Sequence record: NC_070962.1
Reading direction: 5' to 3' (one strand)
DNA length: 64,000 nucleotides
Shown: in pieces, positions 29,401-38,700 of the stretch
Position numbering within the stretch: the stretch's first letter is position 1
How the letters are laid out: every line of letters starts with the position of its first letter
Notes under the pieces: generated by a model
The model's database searches: none
Seen by the model: the letters and a program-made list of their open reading frames with translations, nothing else
What the model was told of the DNA's origin: nothing
Position numbers and translations under genes: made by a program

Positions 29401-31273
29401 TATTGTTGGACTTGGTACAACTGCAAGAAATTGGGGTGATGATATTGTTCCTGGTAATACCGTTATTCAGGATAATTCAAATGCATCTGGTAATTTTGTG
29501 ATGGGTCTTGGCATTGCTACTGGCACAATGTCAGTCACTAATGCTGGACTTGGACTCACACCTTCCACTGGTTTCTTCCAATACGACAATGTTCCACTAA
29601 CCAAACTAACTGGTAGAGGTGAAAATGCAACTGCAAATATTCATGTAAACAATGGTGTTGCAGCTGCTGCTACAATCTCTGATGGTGGTAATGGATTCAA
29701 AGTTGGTGATGTTCTAACTGCTACCATTGGTGGTGGAGTTGGTAGAAATCTGCAACTTTCCGTGACAGATACTTTTGGTATCAGTGAACTCATTCTTGAT
29801 CAAGTTCAGGGTGACTTTAAAGTTGGTGGTGGAAATACTCTAAGATACATCAATTCAAGTGGTGTAACTACCGAGTTTACTGATCAAGGATCAACAGATG
29901 TTCTAACAGCACCAAGAATAGTAACTGACGGATTGCACATTAAGGTCAATCATCTAAATCATGGTATGCATTCTGATACTAATAATGTTGTTATTCAAGG
30001 TGTTACTTCAGATGTCCCTGTAGTAAGACTTGAAGGTGATTATGATAGAACATCAACATCTGATCTTGTTATCTCCGATGCATCAAACTTTGAGAATTTT
30101 GAAGGAGTTGGTGTTGGAACCACCAATCCAGGATATATTAAAATTGAAAATGAAATTATTTCCTATACATCAGTAACTGGCAATACTCTTGGTGGTATTA
30201 CACGATCTGTAGATTCAACTTTTGCTGGTGGATATGAAGATCAATCAATTGTGTCTAAGTATGAGACATCAGGTATTTCTTTAAGAAGAATTAATAAAAC
30301 CCATGCTTTACAAGATGCAACTATTTCGGAAAGTAAGGGTCTTGATCATTACAATCTAAAAATTGATACATCAGAAAATGGCATTGATAGGTCAAATTCC
30401 ACTTCTTTCCCAACTTTATATTTGAATCAATCAAAATCTACTGGTGGTGAATCTGTAACTGCAACTCAGAATATCCATTATGAAATTATGCAACCTGTTG
30501 TTCAAACCATGGTTCTACAAAGAACTAATTTGACTGCAAGAGCAAGAACAGTGACATCAACAAGTATTGATGGTAATGAAGTGTCATTCTTAGATGCTGG
30601 TTATGAAAATGTCGTTCTAAATGACGATAATTATTTTGATACTCCAAGAATGATTGCATCCAAGACAAATGCCGATTCATTATTAGCAACATTACCTGGA
30701 AATAAATCATATGAACTTGAATTGAACATGAGATCAGCTGATCCAAGACTTTCACCTGTCATTGACTTAGATAGAATTGGGTCCATCTTTGTTTCAAACA
30801 GAGTTAATAATGTAGTTACTAATTTCAATACCGATCCACGTGTTGCAACCGTAGATGATGATCCAAGTGCATTTGTTTACGCAACAAAAGCAATCGGTCT
30901 AGAAATTCCCGCAAATAATATTAAATTACTATGTGCTGCATACATTAATAACTTCTCCGACATTAGAGCATTCTATGCATTAACTAATGATCCATCAGAG
31001 GATTTAATTTACTACCCATTCCCAGGTTATGATAATTTACTTGAAACTGGTCAGGTAATTGATTCTTCTAAGAACAGTGGTAGACCTGATAAGTTGGTTC
31101 CACCAACAGACAATAAAGGATTTGCATCTACTGCATTAGTATTCAAAGATTATACCTTTACTATTGAAAATCTACCGTCCTTCAAGTTCTTCAGTGTGAA
31201 ACTAGTTGGAACCTCAACCAACCAGTGCTATCCACCAAGAATTCGTGACCTAAGAGCAATCGCATTCGCATAA
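23462..31273 (+). CDS. VrlC/DUF4815-like large virion structural protein
   Basis: PYFDDFD..KNFYKVLFKPGQPVQARELT, FAAPGADRLKI, NRFKSGFFVDNF, DPLAQSF and a terminal PRIRDLRAIA; carries a Pro/Arg tract. Confidence 0.8.
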   Translation: MPQLTNLNTFPYFDDFDESKNFYKVLFKPGQPVQARELTTIQSLLQNQIENFGDHIFKEGSVVIPGSLVVKPNQITLELEKTFNGLDITQYLPSLVGKTVVGEDTGVKAKIEAYQGTYVFVNVTETGLDNESQDFIAGEAIYIEETIPLTDAAITSFVAGSSVASIRDVAEGCISKLTEGVFYLKGYFVQVPEQTLIVSVDEPEPTFKLGFEIKENFVTSYDDQTLYDNSQGFLNFAAPGADRLKIDAELIAVIDGDEIPQNFVELADVLNGSVLTSKVENPEYNILADEMARRTYEESGDYYVKPFTLEVKNTLQDFKGSDGLYTSDESTLSGEPPREDLAAYQISAGKAYVQGYEVNIQSGVVLDIDKPRTTKEFKQQAIEYSTGSTLRLNNVYGAPKIGLSTSYTVSLRSERVGSAATIAAGKEIGLARVYDYALETGSYDTSNSATNSWDLTLFDVVPFTDLSLNENVTTLSTPTFIKGKSSGAVGFLRYDVSSSTGIITAYNVTGNFIKGEELLFDGQESDRIVLSSTNYGISNVKSIHGEIGITTFSGDVKQTSVLELGQCDFSGGGVTVAQADRDFSKNFVVGDLISFKKSGNTVPSFNRVTAVTTDNLTVEAVQSVSGVVDGALFGNGTTNVSKVTTRLGDNGSDTLYTPLPKKNIANVDLKDAVITIRKTFNTSIVADATGGRITILPAELETGETFLPFDEERYIVVNKNGQTEALTEDKFTITSGSRELIIKGLSIVGDATLIATLRKSQVKAQNKIKNRVKTIIVDKSSTAGSGIGATTLNDGLTYGNYPYGTRVQDEVICLLEPDVTKIHAIYESSTTGSPQLPRLTLSDISSFNGSVEDALNGEEIVGTTSGCVAVLVNKISSSTAEVVYINGKKFNVGEEITFKESSITADIDVVVDGDNDVTAKYVLNAGLKSTIYDYSRIKRKPNIQAPTKKLAIVYEYANIDSTDTGNLLVANSYENFDYKDIPITDGEKQSDILDIRPKVKSYSVAENVRSPFEFLGRSFASTQNSNLNVLASDESITVDYSIYLGRIDRIYLTKQKSFQVVKGVPEESPQKPVPLENAMEVATVAFPPYLEKVQDAKVSIISHKRYQMKDIALLEQRIKNLEYYTQLSLLETNTQNLEIKDSDGANRFKSGFFVDNFTSVQNQVSTISAKNSIDARNNELRPASYTTQLDLLLGSTQLTGINGELDPNADPRYVTDLIGENIRRSTVDPNGSVGTDGMGVITLDYEEVPFISQLTATRVENAAPYFVNFYKGKITLNPSSDIWIDQARVETQTIDGLIGGFSQTTIQANASDLDPQAGWSPITWGGWNENWTGTSTSDTVITASDSATLQGGSGTRPGSTTASASVTTRTTTRTGTATQSGTSTRVQTTPGNTINLGDKVISSDVSSFMRSRNIEIISRGMKPHTRLYSFFGTSSVTKYCVPKLIEIEMISGTFNVGEIVQSAGTSSVSPSVVSDSPYIVFRTAVCNHRTGPFNDPLDIYTVNPYTREEMPDLYSTSSTTLNVDLTSLSIAPMGDYYGYIAEGMILQGRSSGARARVSSLRLTTDNVGTMQASFYIPNPNAPGAPRFRTGSLTFKLSDSPSIDPIEGTAYTGGQKDFFSSGTIQNVQGQVISTRNVEFTTAQTTQSRSISDESQSIVDIDVNVDVTLPQPVPIPRPQPQPRPQPQPRPSPRPQPNPSPRPQPRPVPNPTPNPRPSPRPRPNPRPRPQPRPRPNPRPQPRPRPRPRPRPRPRPRPRPRPRPRPRPRPRPRPRPNPAPRNDDDDPLAQSFTVGNSQDPTGIFVTSVDLYFRTTSTTGETCFVELRPMVNGFPSSDEIYPLSQVVLNGSQVEVSEDASVPTTVTFPAPVYLEGNKEHCIVVGSNSTDYQLWISRLGEVDVSTLSRPESEQVPITKQSTLGSLFKSQNSRTWTASQYDDLKFSINRANFVENGNISFYNPDLALGNRQVATLKKDSLDVSSRRIIVGLGTTARNWGDDIVPGNTVIQDNSNASGNFVMGLGIATGTMSVTNAGLGLTPSTGFFQYDNVPLTKLTGRGENATANIHVNNGVAAAATISDGGNGFKVGDVLTATIGGGVGRNLQLSVTDTFGISELILDQVQGDFKVGGGNTLRYINSSGVTTEFTDQGSTDVLTAPRIVTDGLHIKVNHLNHGMHSDTNNVVIQGVTSDVPVVRLEGDYDRTSTSDLVISDASNFENFEGVGVGTTNPGYIKIENEIISYTSVTGNTLGGITRSVDSTFAGGYEDQSIVSKYETSGISLRRINKTHALQDATISESKGLDHYNLKIDTSENGIDRSNSTSFPTLYLNQSKSTGGESVTATQNIHYEIMQPVVQTMVLQRTNLTARARTVTSTSIDGNEVSFLDAGYENVVLNDDNYFDTPRMIASKTNADSLLATLPGNKSYELELNMRSADPRLSPVIDLDRIGSIFVSNRVNNVVTNFNTDPRVATVDDDPSAFVYATKAIGLEIPANNIKLLCAAYINNFSDIRAFYALTNDPSEDLIYYPFPGYDNLLETGQVIDSSKNSGRPDKLVPPTDNKGFASTALVFKDYTFTIENLPSFKFFSVKLVGTSTNQCYPPRIRDLRAIAFA
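28463..28792 (+). repeat. Pro-X dipeptide repeat tract (110 aa), including a pure (PR)17 run at 28673-28774
   Basis: Read directly from the sequence. Synonymous codons vary (Pro cct/cca/ccc; Arg aga/agg/cgt). Confidence 0.95.
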
Positions 31274-31274
31274 C

Positions 31275-31493
31275 ATGTACCTAAAAGTAGAAAATCATTC
31301 AAATCTTTATCGTGATTCATCCACAAATGCAATTGTCAATACCGATATGACAGAATATCAAAACTATATGAACTCCCTCAAACATAAAAAGAGGGAGTTG
31401 AAACGAATGGAAAAACTTGAGGATGATGTCAAATCCGTCAAGGATGATCTCAAAGAAATTAAGGATCTGCTCAAATGTCTAATCAAAGAATAA
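31275..31493 (+). CDS. small coiled-coil hypothetical protein
   Basis: LYRD..TNAIVNTD..EY followed by the heptad pattern LEDDVKSVKDDLKEIKDLLK. Confidence 0.75.
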   Translation: MYLKVENHSNLYRDSSTNAIVNTDMTEYQNYMNSLKHKKRELKRMEKLEDDVKSVKDDLKEIKDLLKCLIKE

Positions 31494-31861
31494 CATTCAA
31501 CCCTAACGTTAATGCACCATATGGAGTAAATTTCAATATTTACCCTGGTTCCGATTTAAAAGTTAATTTTACTACTTATGATATGAGTAGTGGAAGATAT
31601 GATTTTGATGGTTGGACAGGTTCTGCTCAAATGACTAAGAGTGTATCTATTGGATCAACAATGTATGCTCATGGAACATTTGATTTTAGTTTTACAAGTG
31701 CATCAAACGGTGAATTCAAAATTGCAATGGGTGCCACAGATACTAGAGCACTGACATCTGGAAGATATTATTATGATATATTAGTAAGTTCTGGAACCAC
31801 AACATATAGAATTGTAGATGGAAATATTATGGTACAACCAGGTATTTCTTCTGCTCCCTAA
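31475..31861 (+). CDS. putative virion structural protein (beta-sandwich)
   Basis: 128 aa; T..L..GRYYYDILVS......RIVDGNI.V.PG motif; directly upstream of gp13. Confidence 0.65.
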   Translation: MSNQRITFNPNVNAPYGVNFNIYPGSDLKVNFTTYDMSSGRYDFDGWTGSAQMTKSVSIGSTMYAHGTFDFSFTSASNGEFKIAMGATDTRALTSGRYYYDILVSSGTTTYRIVDGNIMVQPGISSAP

Positions 31862-31883
31862 ATAATTTTAAAGCTGTAATAAA

Positions 31884-32726
31884 ATGGCACAACCATCATC
31901 TAGACAAGATCTAATTAATTATGTTAAGAGACAATTAGGTGCTCCTGTTCTAGAAATCAATGTTGCTGATGAGCAGATTGATGATCTAGTTGATGATGCT
32001 TTGCAATATTTCCATGAAAGACATTTTGACGGTGTAGTTAGAACATACTTAAAGTATAAAGTAACGCAGGATGATATAGATCGAGGAAGATCAAGAGGTG
32101 GTGCGACAGTTTCTGGAATCACTACTGATACCGTAACACAAACTGTCGGTGCAACCTCATCATTTGCATTTGAAGAAAACTCAAACTATTTACCAGTTCC
32201 AAGTTCCATTACTGGTGTAAATAAAGTCTTCAGACTTCAATCATCATCTGCAACTAGTGGATCGATGTTTAGTGTGAAATACCAGTTGTTCTTAAATGAT
32301 CTATATTATTGGGATTCCATTGATCTTCTTCAATATTCAATGGTTCAATCAAAACTTTCTGATATCGACCATTTATTAAATCCACTCAAGCACTTTAGAT
32401 TCAATCAAAGACAAGATCGTCTTTATATTGATGCAGATTGGGCAACATTAGTTGAAGATGATTACTTTGTTATTGATTGTTGGAGACTTCTTGATCCGAG
32501 CACGTATACTCAGGTATGGAACGATTCGTTCCTTAAGATGTACCTGACTGCCCTCGTAAAGAGGCAATGGGGTCAGAACCTTATGAAGTTCCAAGGAGTG
32601 AAACTTCCAGGTGGTGTAGAACTTAATGGTCGTCAAATGTTTGATGATGCAGAAAAAGAACTTGAGAGAATTAGAGAGAAGATGTCATCCACATATGAAC
32701 TTCCACCTCTAGATATGATCGGTTGA
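31884..32726 (+). CDS. gp13: neck protein gp13
   Basis: LINYVKRQLGAPVLEINVADEQIDD, KRQWGQNLMKF.GVKLPGGVELNG; TAAATA at 31859-31864. Confidence 0.93.
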   Translation: MAQPSSRQDLINYVKRQLGAPVLEINVADEQIDDLVDDALQYFHERHFDGVVRTYLKYKVTQDDIDRGRSRGGATVSGITTDTVTQTVGATSSFAFEENSNYLPVPSSITGVNKVFRLQSSSATSGSMFSVKYQLFLNDLYYWDSIDLLQYSMVQSKLSDIDHLLNPLKHFRFNQRQDRLYIDADWATLVEDDYFVIDCWRLLDPSTYTQVWNDSFLKMYLTALVKRQWGQNLMKFQGVKLPGGVELNGRQMFDDAEKELERIREKMSSTYELPPLDMIG

Positions 32727-32730
32727 TACC

Positions 32731-34179
32731 ATGTTAAATCCATTCTTTCAACAAGGTTCACGAAGTGAGCAGAATCTAGTTCAAGACTTAATCAACGAAC
32801 AGTTGAGGATGTATGGTGTAGAAGTATACTACATCCCAAGGCAATATCTAACTAAAAATACTGTAATTGAAGAAGTAATTCAATCAGAATTTACGAGTGC
32901 ATATCCGATTGAGGCATATGTCAACAATTATGATGGTTATGATGGTCAAGGAACATTACTATCTAAATTTGGCATTACAGATCTGGATGATTTAACTCTC
33001 ATCATCTCCAAGGAAAGATATGAGCAATATATTACACCTCTGATCAGAGATCTTCCAAATATTGAGTTAGCAACTAGACCAAAAGAAGGTGATCTAATCT
33101 ATTTTCCATTTGGTGATAGATTATTTGAGATTAAGTTTGTTGAGCATGAACAACCTTTCTATCAACTTCAAAAGACCTATGTCTACGAGTTGAGGTGTGA
33201 ACTTTATAGATATGCTTCAGAAGTTATTGATACTGGTGTAGATCAGATTGACGATAACTTTACAGATCAAGGATATATTCAAACATTTACCGTTGCTGGT
33301 GTTGGTGAAACAGCAGCAGCATATACTGGTATAGTAGATGGTGCTTTAAGTACTTTCTATATTTCTGATTCTGGATATGGATATAATGCTCCTGTTACTT
33401 TGGGTCTCTCAACAGCACCTACAGGTGGTGTAAATGCATCTGGAATCGTTACTGGAAGAACTACATATGGATCTGGAGGAGATCAGTTCCTTACAATTCA
33501 AGGTATTGAATTAAGAAATCCTGGAGCAGGATATACAGTTTCTCCACTAGTTACATTTGCAGGTAAGACAACTGGTGTTGGTGCTGGAGCAACTGTGGGT
33601 ATTGTAACTATGGGTGCAGTTGGTGTTGTTACTGTTACCAGTGTTGGATCTAATTTTGTTGAAGAACCAAGTGTAACATTCTCAGCACCACCTGGAGCAG
33701 GAACTACAGCAACTGGTAGAGCAATTCTTGCCTCAGATAATACTATTGATTATGTTACTCTAACAAATGTTGGATCTGGATATACTGTTGCACCATCTAT
33801 AACATTTGGTTCTCCAAACCAAGTTGGAACTGGACAATTTGAATATAATGAAATTGTTACTGGAACTTCAGGTGTAACTGGTAGGGTTAAATCTTGGAAT
33901 GTTGGTACAAAAAAACTACGTCTATCAAACTTGACTGGTGATTTTAAAAATGGTGAAATAATTACTGGTGAAAAATCTGGAGCACAGCATAAAATTGTTA
34001 TACTAAATACTATTACCACGAATCCGTTGATCGAAGACAATTCATACGATGTTCCCGAAGAATCCTCATCTGTAGAGGAGACAAATCCATCAAGTAGTTA
34101 TGACGAAAATGTTGAGATTCAATCTGAAGGGGATGATATTCTAGATTTCACGGAAAGAAATCCATTTGGACGGGTTTAA
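32731..34179 (+). CDS. gp14: neck protein gp14 with a C-terminal beta-repeat insertion
   Basis: EQNLVQDLINEQLRMYG, RPKEGDLIYFP, FYQLQKTYVYELRCEL and terminal LDFTERNPFG. Confidence 0.92.
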   Translation: MLNPFFQQGSRSEQNLVQDLINEQLRMYGVEVYYIPRQYLTKNTVIEEVIQSEFTSAYPIEAYVNNYDGYDGQGTLLSKFGITDLDDLTLIISKERYEQYITPLIRDLPNIELATRPKEGDLIYFPFGDRLFEIKFVEHEQPFYQLQKTYVYELRCELYRYASEVIDTGVDQIDDNFTDQGYIQTFTVAGVGETAAAYTGIVDGALSTFYISDSGYGYNAPVTLGLSTAPTGGVNASGIVTGRTTYGSGGDQFLTIQGIELRNPGAGYTVSPLVTFAGKTTGVGAGATVGIVTMGAVGVVTVTSVGSNFVEEPSVTFSAPPGAGTTATGRAILASDNTIDYVTLTNVGSGYTVAPSITFGSPNQVGTGQFEYNEIVTGTSGVTGRVKSWNVGTKKLRLSNLTGDFKNGEIITGEKSGAQHKIVILNTITTNPLIEDNSYDVPEESSSVEETNPSSSYDENVEIQSEGDDILDFTERNPFGRV

Positions 34180-34199
34180 AAAAATAACAATGTATTACC

Positions 34200-35213
34200 A
34201 TGTTTGAATATTTTTACCACGAAATCTTAAGAAAAACCATCATAGGATTTGGTACGCTTTTTAATGACATTACTATAAAGACTACAGATGCAAACAATAA
34301 TATTATTAATACCGTAAAAGTTCCTCTTGCATATGCACCTCAACAAAAGTTTCTTGCAAGATTAGAGCAGTCAGAAGATTTAAATAAAACCACTCAAATT
34401 ACATTACCAAGAATGTCTTTTGAGTTTACTGGATTGCAGTACGACTCTTCAAGAAAAGTAACTACAACTCAAAAATTTATGGTTCCAGCTGCTTCTGGAG
34501 ATGGAACCATTAAGAAAGCATTTATGCCAGTTCCTTATAATATGTCATTTGAGTTGAACATTTATACAAAAATAAATGACGATGCTCTTCAAATTGTTGA
34601 ACAAATTTTACCATATTTCCAGCCACAATACAATTTAACTATTGAACTAATATCCGAAATGGATGAAAAAAGAGATATTCCCATCGTTTTAGAAGGAATA
34701 TCGATGGATGACCAGTATGAGGGAAATTTTGATACAAGAAGAGCTTTAATTTATACACTAAGATTTAGTGCAAAAACATATCTATTTGGTCCAGTTACTG
34801 CAGATATTGGTGCAAAGATTATCAAAAAGGCAAATGTTGGATACTATGCATCTTCCACTTCTGGTGATAAGAAAAATAGAGATGTCACATATTCTGTTGA
34901 ACCAAAAGCACTTGAAGATCTTGATAATGGTGTAATAACTACCACGTCTGGTAATATTTCTAAAACAGACGAAACTATTTCACTTCAGTCTATCACCAAT
35001 ATTGAAGAAGACTCTTATATTCAAATCAATAAAGAAGTTATATACGTCAAGCAGAAATCAGATTCTGAAAATAAACTTCTAGTTAGAAGAGCACAAAATA
35101 ACACTACAGCAACTGCTCATGTTTCTGGAACCAATGTAACTGAGGTTGATTCTGCTGATAATGCTTTAGTAGAACTTGGTGATGACTTTGGGTTTGATGG
35201 AGGATTTATCTGA
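34200..35213 (+). CDS. gp15: tail sheath stabilizer/terminator gp15
   Basis: YFYHEILRKTIIGFGTLFN, VPLAYAPQQKFLAR, LPRMSFE and QIVEQILPYFQP. Confidence 0.93.
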   Translation: MFEYFYHEILRKTIIGFGTLFNDITIKTTDANNNIINTVKVPLAYAPQQKFLARLEQSEDLNKTTQITLPRMSFEFTGLQYDSSRKVTTTQKFMVPAASGDGTIKKAFMPVPYNMSFELNIYTKINDDALQIVEQILPYFQPQYNLTIELISEMDEKRDIPIVLEGISMDDQYEGNFDTRRALIYTLRFSAKTYLFGPVTADIGAKIIKKANVGYYASSTSGDKKNRDVTYSVEPKALEDLDNGVITTTSGNISKTDETISLQSITNIEEDSYIQINKEVIYVKQKSDSENKLLVRRAQNNTTATAHVSGTNVTEVDSADNALVELGDDFGFDGGFI

Positions 35214-35668
35214 TGGGAAAATTTAATGATTTGAACGAGACTTTTAATATTGAAGAAGATGCACCTATTGTTGAGGTAGATGCTTCTTCTGAGATTGTTG
35301 AGGAATCTAAAAAAGAAAAACCAGTCAAGAAAGATGATGTAACAAATGATTACGAATATACAAGAGGTAATCTATATTCAATTATCGAAAAAGGACAGGA
35401 AGCAATAAACGGCATACTTGAGTTAGCACAAGAAACAGAAACTCCAAGAGCATATGAAGTTGTTGGACATTTGATTAAGAATGTTTCTGATGCTACTGAT
35501 AAATTATTAGATCTTCAGAAAAAAATGCATGAGTTGGAGCAAGATACTAAGAAGCAGGCACCTACAACCGTAAATAATGCATTATTCGTAGGATCAACTG
35601 CAGAATTATCAAAACTTTTGAATAAAAATGCTTTTGAAAATATACAAAATGAAACCTTGAATAAATAG
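35213..35668 (+). CDS. gp16: terminase small subunit gp16
   Basis: DYEYTRGNLY..IEKGQEAI, PRAYEV..LIK and NNALFVGSTAEL. Confidence 0.9.
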   Translation: MGKFNDLNETFNIEEDAPIVEVDASSEIVEESKKEKPVKKDDVTNDYEYTRGNLYSIIEKGQEAINGILELAQETETPRAYEVVGHLIKNVSDATDKLLDLQKKMHELEQDTKKQAPTTVNNALFVGSTAELSKLLNKNAFENIQNETLNK

Positions 35669-35706
35669 ACAAAAGAAGCTTTTGAGTAACTTTACGCGGA
35701 GTTGAG

Positions 35707-38700
35707 ATGAATACAAGTCCAACAATTAGGTTAAAAAGATCTCTAACTGCGGGATCTGTTCCTAGTCTAGAACAGTTAACTTATGGTGAGTTAGCTATTA
35801 ACCATTATGATGGTACGGTGTTTGTTCGTCAAGATACTGAGGGTGTAGGAATCTCAACTAGAGTTGTTACAGTCGGTGCTGGTAAAAGTATTGGTAATAC
35901 TTGGTTTGTTACTGGTGCTGGTGATGATTTGAATAGTGGTTTATCTCAACAAGATGCTTTAGCATCTATTAAACAAGCATCCATATATGCACAACCTGGT
36001 GACACTATTAAAGTGTCTGCAGGTTACTATGTAGAAAATAATCCAATTGTACTTAGGGATAATGTATCTGTTGAAGGATTTGAACTAAGAAACTGTTTCG
36101 TTGCTCCAAATAACCCAAATCAAGATTTATTTCATATCAATAATGCTTGCCATTTAACGGATTTGGCATTTGTTGGTAAAGGTGCTGATATTGGTGGTGG
36201 TTCTAAAGGTGTTCCTTCTGGTGGATCGGAACCAGGATTCCTCGGTGAACCAATGGAATATGGGAAAGCAGTTGTTGCTTTCGTTCCATTACTAGGTGTT
36301 GCTNCAGATAGATATTTCGACGGTGCAAGATTAATTCGTCAGAATGCAGATTATATTGCTGGTGAAGCCGTTGGTTTTCTCACCAGTGGATTTAGTGGTA
36401 TTGCTGGATCTCACAGAGCACAGGATGCTGCAAGACTTATTGATCTAAACGCAGAATATATTGCAGCAGAAGCAGTAGGATTTATCACCAGTGTCAACTA
36501 TGCTGGTGGTGCATTTACAATGTCCTTTGGTACAGCAAGAAATTGCCAAGATGACATTCATGATGTACTAGAAGCAGTTGCTCACGATCTAAGAGCAGGA
36601 TATAAAGATGGTACTCAAGCAAACAGCAGATCTGTAGGTGCTGCACAATCTTACTTTGTTGGTGGAGCATTATCTCATATCTTAGGTGCTGGTGTTTCTG
36701 AGGCAACAATTGCAGCAATGGATCGTGCTGCTGGTATTGCAACCTTTGTTATCAATAACAAACCATATGGATTTGAAAATGTTGGTTCTGGTGTAACTAT
36801 TACTGCATTTGAGTATACACCACTTACTGGTGTTTCAACTGTAACAACATTGATTGGTCATGGATTAAGTACTACTGATCACGTTTCACTTGCTGGACTT
36901 GCATTTACTTGTGATACTGAGCATTCTGGTGTAACAACTACCATTTTCCCTGACGGAAGTAGCCCTTCTGGACATATCTTCAAGATTGATGCTGATGCAT
37001 TATTTAATAGCAATCAATTCGTTATTAATGTAGGTATCTCTACAATTGCACATAGTTATACCCCAAGTTCTGGTACTGCTACTACAGTTTTTCAATATAG
37101 CACTTTTGAGCAGCAGTTTGATACTGGTGCTGCTGCAGGAACTCCACTTCGTGGTGAAAACGTTGTAGGAAATGGAATTTGCCTCAACGTCAATAATGAC
37201 ATTACAGAACTAGTAGGAATTGTAACCAGTGCAATTGGTGCAGGTAATACTGATAGTCTTCCAGGAATTACAACTGGTATGAGACTGGATCAGAATAAGT
37301 GCCGTCGTGATGTTGCAAAAATTTGGAAGTCTGTTTGTTATGATATTACCCGTGGTGGTAATACAAAGGTCGTTGGTGCAGGTAAGTCTTACTATGATGC
37401 TAATGGAAATAAACTTTCAATTCTCGTCGATCCCGATGAATTTGAACAGTCTGTTATTGCACTAGAATATTCTAAGGATATTGCAAGAAGAATCGTTAAC
37501 AACGTAAGGGATGGTTCTTATACTATTGGAACCGCATTTAGTATTAGTGGAGCAAATTATTCTCCAACAGCAGGTATTCTTACTGTTACTACTAACGTTG
37601 GACATGGTTTAACAGCAAAAGATACCGTTAAACTTTCTGGTCTTGCATTTAGTTGTGCTACTCACAATAACAGCATTGGTGTTTACGACTTCCAGTATGA
37701 TAGACAGTCTGGATTCAGCACTGTCATTCTAGATAATGATCATGGACTAAGTTCTGGAGATGAGTTTGAGCTACGCAACCTCACATTTAGTTGTGGTGAT
37801 TCTGGTCTTGGACCAGTAGTAAACGTTAGTAATGTGGTATATGATGAGAACGTAGGTATTATTACTGTTACGACTTCATCAGCATCTGGTGTTTTTGCGG
37901 GTGAACCAGTACAACTTAAAAATATTGCGTTTACTTGTGCTGCAGAACATGCTGGTGTTACGACAACTATTTTCCCAGATGGTTCAAGTCAGAATAATAT
38001 TAATGGATATGGATATGATGTATTTACAGTCCTTGCAGTAAATAGTGCAACAGAATTCCAAGTCAATGTTGGACCTTCAACAATTGCACACACATATGAT
38101 ACTGGTGGTACTGTACAAGCAGGTGTTACAACTACAGTATTCCCAGACGTTCAAAGCAATGATTATGTCTTTGATGCTTATGTAGGAACTGCAGGAACAG
38201 TCATCTACACTAATGTAGGTATTTCTACAATTGAGCATACTTATGCTTCTGGTGGTGAAGTAAGAATTGGTGTCACTACAACAATCTTCCCTAACGGTGG
38301 AGTATTTGGTGATTGTTTTGAAGTTCAGGATTATGTATCTGACACTCAAGTTAAAATTAATGTTGGTATATCAACATTCCTCCATGTTTATGAAAGTGGT
38401 GGCACTATTCAAAAGACAAGAACCTTCAGACCAGATATTGGTCAGATTAGAGACGTAAGCATTCAAATTGATTCTGATACGGGTAATAATAATACTGTTG
38501 GTAACTGTAAGAACGTTATCTCTGCAATGAACACTGCAGTTGGTATTGCCACAGCAATTATTGAAGATGGTCTCAGAACACTTCAAGAACCTCTCTATCT
38601 AACTCCAACAAGTGCAGGATACAATCCATCAAATGGTGAATTGCAATTCACTTTAGTGGGTCATGGATTAACTACTGGAGACAAAATTAAAGTTGCTCCA

